Source: Dehalococcoidia bacterium
GTDB taxonomy: Bacteria; Chloroflexota; Dehalococcoidia; Bin125
Direction: 5' to 3'
Length of the DNA stretch: 64,000 bases
Assembly: GCA_963555985.3 (NCBI GenBank)
Contig: OY820591.1
Location: forward strand, 2,368,001-2,432,000
Shown here: positions 57,126 to 64,000 of the stretch, in pieces
How positions within the stretch are numbered: position 1 is the stretch's first letter
How the letters are laid out: the number at the start of each line of letters is the position of its first letter
Position numbers and translations under genes: made by a program
Notes under the pieces: model-generated
The model's database searches: none
What the model was told of the DNA's origin: nothing
Seen by the model: only the letters and a program-made list of their open reading frames with translations

Positions 57126-58639
57126 TTGCGGCCTTTTCGGCGCTTCTCGTCTTTGGCTGCGGCGCGCGCGGCGGCGCGGCGGGCGGCGCGGCTGGGGCCG
57201 GTCTCCGGCTCCGGCGGATCGGCGGGCGGCGGCGGTGGAGCTTCCTGTAAGCCCAGATGCTCTTTCATTTCCTCCAGGGCGATGCGGACCTGATTGGGGG
57301 CGGTACCGCCGGGGAGATCGCGGGCGGCCAAGGCAGCTTCCGCGGTCATGCCTACGGCGTCGGCTGCGAAGGCTTGATGGCCGTCTTGGAGTTCGGAGAG
57401 GGTGAGTTGGGAGAGGCTGATTCCGCGCTGCTCGCAGAGTCGGACGAGTCCGCCGATGATGCCGTGGGCTTCGCGGAAGGGGACGCCCTTGCGGGTGAGG
57501 TGGTCGGCGTAGTCGGTGGCGAGGATGAAGGGATCGTCGTCGACCATGGCGCGGGCGCGGTCGCCGTCGACGCGGGCGGTGAGCATGGCGCGGGTGAGCA
57601 CGTGGAGGGTGCCGATCAGGGTTTCGGCGGTGTCGAAGAGGCCGGATTTGTCTTCCTGGAGGTCGCGGTTGTAGGCGAGCGGCAGGCCTTTGAGGGTGGT
57701 GAGCAGTGCGGTCAGGTGTCCGATGACCTTGCCGGTGCGTCCACGGGCCAGTTCGGCGACGTCGGGATTGCGCTTCTGAGGCATGATCGAGGAGCCGGTG
57801 GTGAAGGCGTCGGCGAATTGGAGCAGGCCGAACTCGGCTGAGCTCCAGAGGATCACGTCCTCGCAGAGGCGGGAGACGTTGACCATGCAGATCGCGGCGT
57901 TGGAGATGAATTCGAGGATGTAATCACGGGAGGAGACGGCGTCCATGCTGTTGCGGGAGATCAGCTCAAAGCCGAGATCGTCGGCGACGCCCTCGCGATC
58001 GAGCGGGTAGGCGGCGCCGGCCAGGGCAGCGCTGCCGAGCGGCATGATGTCGGCGCGGGCGAAGGAGTCGACCAGGCGCTCGGCGTCGCGGTCGAACATT
58101 TCGACGTAGGCGAGGAGATGATGAGCGAAGAGCACCGGTTGGGCGCGCTGGAGGTGGGTGTAGCCGGGGAGGTAGACATCGAAGTTGCGCTCGGCCAGTT
58201 CGATCAGGGCAGTTTGCAGGCCGCGGAGCGCGCCGGCTGCCTGGATGATGACATCGCGCACGAACATGCGGGTGTCGAGCGCGACTTGGTCGTTGCGGGA
58301 GCGGGCAGTGTGGAGGCGACCGGCGGTGTCTGCGCCGATGATCTGGGCCAGGCGGGCCTCGACGTGGGTGTGGATGTCTTCGAGTTCGTGGTTGAGCTCG
58401 AAGCCGCCCTCTTCGATCTCGGTTTCGATTTGATCGAGGCCGCCGAGGATGCGAGTGGCTTCGCGGTTGTCGATGATGTGCTGCCTGGCGAGCATCTGCA
58501 CGTGGGCGCGAGAGCCATCGATGTCGTGGCGGAAGAGGAGCAGGTCGGTAGTGATCGAGGCGGTGTAGGCCTGGACGAGTTCGTCGGGCGCTTCGTCGAA
58601 GCGTCCGCCCCAGAGCCGTTGGGTATCTGTATCAGCCAT
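57122..58639 (-). CDS. argH: Argininosuccinate lyase
   Basis: LWGGRF, RSRNDQ, GYTHLQ, GSSIMPQKRNPD, YNRDLQEDK. Confidence 0.97.
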   Translation of the reverse strand: MADTDTQRLWGGRFDEAPDELVQAYTASITTDLLLFRHDIDGSRAHVQMLARQHIIDNREATRILGGLDQIETEIEEGGFELNHELEDIHTHVEARLAQIIGADTAGRLHTARSRNDQVALDTRMFVRDVIIQAAGALRGLQTALIELAERNFDVYLPGYTHLQRAQPVLFAHHLLAYVEMFDRDAERLVDSFARADIMPLGSAALAGAAYPLDREGVADDLGFELISRNSMDAVSSRDYILEFISNAAICMVNVSRLCEDVILWSSAEFGLLQFADAFTTGSSIMPQKRNPDVAELARGRTGKVIGHLTALLTTLKGLPLAYNRDLQEDKSGLFDTAETLIGTLHVLTRAMLTARVDGDRARAMVDDDPFILATDYADHLTRKGVPFREAHGIIGGLVRLCEQRGISLSQLTLSELQDGHQAFAADAVGMTAEAALAARDLPGGTAPNQVRIALEEMKEHLGLQEAPPPPPADPPEPETGPSRAARRAAARAAAKDEKRRKGRK

Positions 58640-58647
58640 GCTTACTC

Positions 58648-58850
58648 CTCACCCTAGCCCCCGCATCAAGTGCGGGGCAGGCTCTCTCCCAGAGGAGACC
58701 TGCACGTAAGTCGATTTTTCCGCCATTGCCGCGCTCCGCCGCGGCAATCTCGCGGTGCTTGCGACGACGGCGCAGATCACGGCGAGATACCCGCGGCAAG
58801 CGCGGGTATGACGGAGCTTTGATTTACGCACAGGTCTCTTCCGGGAGAGC
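58648..58850 (+). repeat. CCTCACCC element interrupted by a CAGGCT hairpin and a 144-bp GAGACC...GGTCTC MITE (58695-58838)
   Basis: CTCACCCTAG[CCCCCGCATCAAGTGCGGGGCAGGCT]CTCTCCCAGAG[GAGACCTGCACGTAA...TTACGCACAGGTCTC]TTCCGGGAGAG. Confidence 0.82.
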
Positions 58851-58866
58851 GTTGGGGTACGGGTCG

Positions 58867-59223
58867 CTAGTCGCCGGCATCCAGCTTTGACAACCCTGCT
58901 GCGGTGATCGTGTATTCGAACTGTTCGTCGTCGAAATCGGTTGCACGCATGGTGATGATTGCGGGCGGCTCTACGCCGTCGGCGATCAAGGCCGGATAGA
59001 GTCCGCCGGCGATTGCTCGCAGCAGCGCTTGGGTCTGCGCTTCCGAGAGCGGCCCGCAGGCCGCCTCAAAGCGCTGCTTGGCGTCCAGAGCCAGATAGAG
59101 GGCGCACTCCAGGCTGCCGCGCCCTTCGCGCCGAATGTGGAAGTCGGCGGCGTCCGGGCCGCCGGCCGTCGGTGCCGGGCCTTCGTATTCGACTACTACC
59201 GTCGCCGACGCATCCGTCGTCAT
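58867..59223 (-). CDS. Hypothetical protein between argG and argH
   Basis: GGGAG RBS, co-oriented in the arg cluster, 118 aa. Confidence 0.6.
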   Translation of the reverse strand: MTTDASATVVVEYEGPAPTAGGPDAADFHIRREGRGSLECALYLALDAKQRFEAACGPLSEAQTQALLRAIAGGLYPALIADGVEPPAIITMRATDFDDEQFEYTITAAGLSKLDAGD

Positions 59224-59241
59224 ACGAGTCTCCCGCTCCAC

Positions 59242-60495
59242 TCAGTCGATGCGGCCAGAGCTGACATCAAGCGGACCGCCCGGCTGCTTGAGCAGCTGTT
59301 GCTGCGCCTGCACTCGCGTCGGCAGACCCCAGATGTCGATGAAACCGACGGCGGAAGTCTGGTCGAACACGTCGCCCTCATCGTAGGTGGCAAGCGAATA
59401 CTGGTACAGACTCCAGTCGCTCTCGACGCCGACAGCGACGGCCTGGCCTTTGTAGAGCTTGATCCGAGTGCGGCCGCTGACGTGGCGCTGCATGGAGGCG
59501 GTGAAGGCGGCGAGATCCTGGTGGGTGGCGGTGAACCAGAGGCCCTCGTAGATCAGGTCGGCGTAATCCTGCATCAGGCGGTGCTTGAGACGGAGCTGAC
59601 TTTTGCTGAGGGTGAGGGTTTCGAGGGCTTGATGGGCGACTCGCAGGGTGGTTGCGGCGGGCGCTTCGTAGACCTCGCGGGACTTAATCCCCACGAGGCG
59701 GTCTTCGACCATATCGATCCGTCCGACACCGTGGGCAGCGGCGCGCTCGTGGATGCGGGTAATCAGGGTGACCGGCTCGATTTCTTCGCCGTCAAGGGAG
59801 ACGGGGCGTCCGCGCTCGAAGCCGATTTCGAGGTATTCGGGTTCGTCGGGGGCGTCTTGGGGATTGATCGTCCAATCCCAGACGTCGTCCGGAGGTTCGA
59901 CCCAGGGGTCTTCGAGCGGACCGGCTTCGATTGAGCGGCCCCAGAGATTTTCGTCGGTCGAGTACTGCTTGTCGACGCTGACCGTGATCGGGATGTCGTG
60001 GGCCTGGGCGTAGACAATCTCCGACTCGCGGGTCGTCAACTCCCATTCGCGGACGGGTGCGAGGATGCGCAGATCGGGGGCGAGGGCCTGGACGGAGACA
60101 TCGAAGCGGACCTGGTCGTTGCCTTTGCCGGTGCAGCCGTGGGCGACGGCGGTGGCGTTGTAGCGGCGGGCGACATCGACCAGGGTCTTGGCGATTAATG
60201 GTCGGGCGAGCGCTGTGGCAAGCGGGTAGCGGCCTTCGTACAGCGCCCCGGCCATGAGCGCGGGAAAGCAGAAGGCGCGGGCGAAATCGTCGCGCAGATC
60301 GTGCATCTCAAAGGCGATTGCGCCAGCCGCCTTGGCTCGGGTTTCGAGGTCTTCGTCGGCTTCAAGGAAGCCCATGTCTGCGGTCATGCAGACGACTTGC
60401 CAACCGCGTTCGGTCAGCCAGCGCGTGACCACCGAGGTATCGAGGCCGCCGCTGTACGCGAGTACTACCCGCCGATCCTGTGTGCGTGTCGCCAC
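59242..60495 (-). CDS. argG: Argininosuccinate synthase
   Basis: AYSGGLDTS, HGCTGKGNDQVRF, SREVYEAP. Confidence 0.97.
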   Translation of the reverse strand: MATRTQDRRVVLAYSGGLDTSVVTRWLTERGWQVVCMTADMGFLEADEDLETRAKAAGAIAFEMHDLRDDFARAFCFPALMAGALYEGRYPLATALARPLIAKTLVDVARRYNATAVAHGCTGKGNDQVRFDVSVQALAPDLRILAPVREWELTTRESEIVYAQAHDIPITVSVDKQYSTDENLWGRSIEAGPLEDPWVEPPDDVWDWTINPQDAPDEPEYLEIGFERGRPVSLDGEEIEPVTLITRIHERAAAHGVGRIDMVEDRLVGIKSREVYEAPAATTLRVAHQALETLTLSKSQLRLKHRLMQDYADLIYEGLWFTATHQDLAAFTASMQRHVSGRTRIKLYKGQAVAVGVESDWSLYQYSLATYDEGDVFDQTSAVGFIDIWGLPTRVQAQQQLLKQPGGPLDVSSGRID

Positions 60496-60515
60496 CCGTG
60501 CTCTCCCCTATGTGT

Positions 60516-60620
60516 GTGTTCGGCCGTACGGTCCTGTTCGGGTCTGTTCGGCCTTGTTCGATTCTGTGCGGGTTCGTTTGATCCTGTGCGAGCGCGTTCG
60601 GCCCGGTTCGGTCTGTTCGG
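60516..60620 (+). repeat. 10-bp-period GTTCG tandem array 3
   Basis: GTNCG/GTTTG cores end at every 10th base from 60530 to 60610, plus flanking GTTCG at 60518 and 60615. Confidence 0.88.
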
Positions 60621-61805
60621 CTACTCGGCGATTGCGCCGAGTGCGTCGTCGATGATGGCGAGCGCCTGGTCGATCTCAGCCTCGGAGATCGTGAGCGGCG
60701 GCACTAGGCGGAGGACGTTTGGCTTGACCACGTTGCAGATCAGGCCGCGCTCGCGGATTGCGGTGACCAGCGCGGGGCCAACATCGGCGGTCAGTTCGAC
60801 AGCGATCAGCAGGCCCTTGCCGCGCACGTGGTCGATCAGCGGATGGCGGTCTTCGAGCGCGCGGAGTCCGGTTGTGAGCTGCTCGCCGCGGGCGGCAGCC
60901 TGGGCGGGGATGTCCTCTTCGATGATGACTCGGAGCGTTTCCAGGGCGACGGCGGTGGTGAAGGGTTGTCCGCCGAAGGTGGTGCCGTGGTCGCCGGGTT
61001 CGAGGATGTCGCCGCGTTCGTTGGCGACGATTGCGCCGATGGGGACACCGCTGCCGAGGCCTTTGGCGAGAGCCATGACGTCGGGCTGGACGTCTTCGTG
61101 CTGCCAGGCGAAGAGCTTGCCGGTTCTGCCGATGCCGGTCTGGACTTCGTCCAGCATCAGGAGCAGGTTGTGCTCGTCGCAGATGTCGCGGAGGGCGGCG
61201 AGATAGCCGTCGCCGGCGACATTGACGCCGCCCTCACCCTGCAAGGGTTCAACGAGGATGGCGGCTGTCTGCGGGCCAACCGCTTCACGCACTGCTTCAA
61301 CATCGTTGAAGGGAACGTGGACGAAACCGTCGAGCGGGCCGAAGGGTTCGCGGTAGCGGGGATTGCCGGAGGCGTTGACGGAGGCGAGCGTGCGTCCGTG
61401 GAAGGCTTCGTCCATGACGATGATGTCGGAGGCGCCGTCGCGGCGGGTTTGGCCCCACTTGCGTCCGATCTTGATCGCGCCCTCAGTCGCTTCGGCGCCG
61501 CTGTTGCAGAAGAAGATGCGGGTCATGCCGGACTGTTCGAGGATGACGTCGGCGAGATCGAGTTGAGGGATGGTGTAGAAGTAGTTGGAGACGTGGAGCA
61601 GGGTCTCGGATTGGTTGCGGATCGCTTCGACGATGCGTGGGTGGCAGTGGCCGAGGTTGTCGGCGGCGATGCCGGCGACGAAGTCGAGGTACTCGTTGCC
61701 CTCGTCGTCCCAGACTTTGGAGCCTTCGCCGCGCACCAGCGTGACGGGCAAACGGCCCGCGGACATCATGAAGACAGCGGACTCGCGCTCAGCGGTGGTG
61801 GGCAT
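60621..61805 (-). CDS. argD: Acetylornithine aminotransferase
   Basis: NSGAEATE, FHGRT, EPLQGEGG, DEVQTG.GRTG, AKGLG, HGTTFGG, arg context. Confidence 0.93.
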   Translation of the reverse strand: MPTTAERESAVFMMSAGRLPVTLVRGEGSKVWDDEGNEYLDFVAGIAADNLGHCHPRIVEAIRNQSETLLHVSNYFYTIPQLDLADVILEQSGMTRIFFCNSGAEATEGAIKIGRKWGQTRRDGASDIIVMDEAFHGRTLASVNASGNPRYREPFGPLDGFVHVPFNDVEAVREAVGPQTAAILVEPLQGEGGVNVAGDGYLAALRDICDEHNLLLMLDEVQTGIGRTGKLFAWQHEDVQPDVMALAKGLGSGVPIGAIVANERGDILEPGDHGTTFGGQPFTTAVALETLRVIIEEDIPAQAAARGEQLTTGLRALEDRHPLIDHVRGKGLLIAVELTADVGPALVTAIRERGLICNVVKPNVLRLVPPLTISEAEIDQALAIIDDALGAIAE

Positions 61806-62034
61806 GATTCAGACTCCATCGGCGGTCGGGAAGCAGCGCTCCAAGTAGGGCAAGGCTAGGTTAGGCGCTGCGGAGCGTCTATCGGGTTGGGGGCGGTGCG
61901 ATCCGCGTGCGACGCGGGGAGCGTCGTGAGGTCAACAGTAGCGCTCGTGTCCGGGCAGGGATCGGGGCGTGGGCAGGCTGCTGCGCGACCTCTTCCGCTG
62001 CACCACGGGAGTGAGGGGGATGGTTCAGGCGCGA

Positions 62035-64000
62035 TTACTCGGTGGCTTGGTTGAGGCGTTCGAGGATTTGGCCGAGGCGCTCGATTGTCTGGCCGTAGCC
62101 GGCCCAGTCGCCTTCGCGTTGGCGTTCGAGAGCTTCTTCGAAGACGTCTTGGGCTTGCTGGGCAAGCTCGGCGGCATCGCCGCTGAGTTCGATTGGGGCG
62201 GCCTGCTCCTCCTCGGTCTGCGGTTCCTCCGGTTCGCGTTCGCGTTCGACCGGCTGGGCGATGTCCGCCGATTCTTCATTGGGCGCGTCGCTCAGGGTCA
62301 GGCCGGTGGGGGAACGGTTGCCGAGCGCGACCGCGACCGCGTCCCTAAACGTCTCCTCGAAGGCGATCGTGTCGCCGTTGACGACGATCACGCCTTTGAG
62401 CTGAGGGAAGCGTCCGTTTTCGGCTTGCAGATAGATCGGTTCGACGTAGACGTAGGAGTTGCCAACCGGAATGAAGAGCAGGTTGCCCCGGATCACCTCG
62501 CTTCCCTGCTGGCCTAACAGCGTGAATTGGCGGGAGACGGCGACATCCTGATCGATCCGGTTTTCGATCTGGGCGGGTCCGTCCACGTTCTTGTTGGCGG
62601 GGAAGCGGAAGGCGAAGAGTTTGCCGTAGTTCTCGCCGTCGGAGCGTCCGGCCATCCAGGCGATCGAGTTGAGCCGGTTGCGCGGGGTGAAGGGCAAGAT
62701 CAGGAGGAACTCGGGCTTAGGCTGCTCAGGCAGGCGCAGGGTGACGTAGTAGGGCTCGACCGGGATTTGCTGTTGGCGCAGGAGTTCCTGCGGGATCGCC
62801 CAGAGGTCTTCGCGGTTGAAGAGGCCGCGGGCCGATTCGATGTGGTAGGTCAGGTACTGGTCGGCCTGGACCTGGAAATAGTCCTGCGGGTAGCGCCAGT
62901 GCGCCTGAAGATCGGCCGGGAACTCATCGGCCGGCTTGAACAGTTCGGGGAAGATATCGGCCCAGACCTGGATGATCGGGTCGCTGTCGTCAACGATGTA
63001 GAGGTCGACCGTGCCGTGGTAGGCGTCAATCACGGCTTTGACCGAGTTGCGCTGGTAGTTGTTGCCGTTGCCATGCGGCTGCGAGTAGGGGTAACGGTCG
63101 GTGACGGTGTAGGCGTCCTGGATCCAGTAGAGGCGGCCATCACGTCCAACGACGATGTAGGGGTCGGCGTCGAGCTGGAGGAAGGGCGCGAGGGTGTGGA
63201 CGCGCTCCTGGATCAGGCGTCGGAAGAGGATGCGGCTGTTGCCGTCAACCGAACCCGAGATCAGGATGTTGGCGTCGCCAAACGACCAGGAGAAGGCCAG
63301 ACGGCGGAAGAAGCCGCCGAGTTCGATCCCGCCCTGCCCCGCATAGCGGTTCGTGACGCTCTCGGTGCTGCCTGTGGCGCTGTCGCCGCCGCTGAGCGGG
63401 TAGTCGAACTCCTCGGTGTCGGTGTCGGCGATCACGTAGGCGTCGGTGACTTCGCCGTAGTAGATACGCGGCTCGGTGATTTCCAGGTCAAGCATGCCGC
63501 TGTCGGTCGTCGCAGTCACTTCGGGCGGGATGTTCGAGACCCAGAAGACGGGTTCGCCGGCGACGGTGACCTCATCGACGGGGGTCATCACGATCCCGAA
63601 GCCGTGGGTGAACTGGAGCCGCTTGTTGACCCAGCCCTGCTGGTTGGCCTGCAAGTTGGCCTGCGACAGCTCACGCGCGGCGAGGAAGACCTGACGTTCT
63701 TCATCCCCGATGCGATAGCGATCGACATCGACGTCGGGATAGAAGTAGAGCGGGCGGATGGTCTGGATCGTGTTCAAGGTGTCGTTGAGCGGCCGATGGT
63801 CCCAGAGGCGCACGTTTCTCAGCGCCTCGGGGTTGAGCGCGAGATCATCGCCGATCACCGCATCGTTGGCGGGGAACTCGCGCTCCTCGATTCGATCGAG
63901 TGCAAAGGCGGCGCGGGTGGCGGCGATGTTGCGCTCGATGTAGGGGGTTTCGCGTTCGAGTTCGTTCGGCTCGACCGTGAAGCGCTGGACGGCGGCGGGC
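62035..64000 (-). CDS. UPF0182 family membrane protein, C-terminal part (starts beyond window)
   Basis: NVRLWD, DVDRY, THGFG, PRIYYGE, NSVKAVIDAY.G, GNLL. Frame stays open to the window end. Confidence 0.92.
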   Translation of the reverse strand, partial: PAAVQRFTVEPNELERETPYIERNIAATRAAFALDRIEEREFPANDAVIGDDLALNPEALRNVRLWDHRPLNDTLNTIQTIRPLYFYPDVDVDRYRIGDEERQVFLAARELSQANLQANQQGWVNKRLQFTHGFGIVMTPVDEVTVAGEPVFWVSNIPPEVTATTDSGMLDLEITEPRIYYGEVTDAYVIADTDTEEFDYPLSGGDSATGSTESVTNRYAGQGGIELGGFFRRLAFSWSFGDANILISGSVDGNSRILFRRLIQERVHTLAPFLQLDADPYIVVGRDGRLYWIQDAYTVTDRYPYSQPHGNGNNYQRNSVKAVIDAYHGTVDLYIVDDSDPIIQVWADIFPELFKPADEFPADLQAHWRYPQDYFQVQADQYLTYHIESARGLFNREDLWAIPQELLRQQQIPVEPYYVTLRLPEQPKPEFLLILPFTPRNRLNSIAWMAGRSDGENYGKLFAFRFPANKNVDGPAQIENRIDQDVAVSRQFTLLGQQGSEVIRGNLLFIPVGNSYVYVEPIYLQAENGRFPQLKGVIVVNGDTIAFEETFRDAVAVALGNRSPTGLTLSDAPNEESADIAQPVEREREPEEPQTEEEQAAPIELSGDAAELAQQAQDVFEEALERQREGDWAGYGQTIERLGQILERLNQATE

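Noticed and set aside
60516-60620. GTTCG arrays as canonical LexA/SOS boxes
   Set aside because: Only direct half-sites at 10 bp, no CGAAC-N4-GTTCG palindrome, spacing differs from GTTC-N7-GTTC, and the adjacent genes are not SOS genes
1-64000. Autonomous transposase, prophage, or known defence system
   Set aside because: No DDE, HUH, integrase, phage structural, restriction or Cas motifs recognised in any ORF

Overview
High-GC bacterial window, most likely Chloroflexota (Dehalococcoidia/SAR202-like). This is inferred from the L28 insertion, DegV/DAK2, UPF0182, F420/LLM enzymes and Gln-rich TAT lipoprotein SBP. The left ~33 kb is catabolic: amidohydrolase, two HpcH aldolases, DUF1800-DUF1501-NHL, three crotonases, two fused double family III CoA-transferases, acyl-CoA dehydrogenase, tandem LLM oxidoreductases, a family 5 ABC importer, dehydrogenases and tRNA-Gly(CCC). 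The right ~31 kb is mostly housekeeping: class A PBP, gatCA, trpS, argS, recG, fakB/fakA, rpmB, rpe, argD/G/H and UPF0182. No transposase, integrase, phage or CRISPR was seen. The most unusual signals are non-coding. (1) Three arrays with a 10-bp period and a GTTCG/GTTTC core, all on the + strand. (2) Several families of palindromic elements nested inside one another, including a 133-bp MITE with target duplications in hairpin loops. (3) Copies of these elements translated inside recG and a CoA-transferase linker, or supplying a stop codon or RBS. (4) An apparent strand-asymmetric base composition that follows element orientation and strengthens toward the elements. All calls were made by eye, with no database searches.
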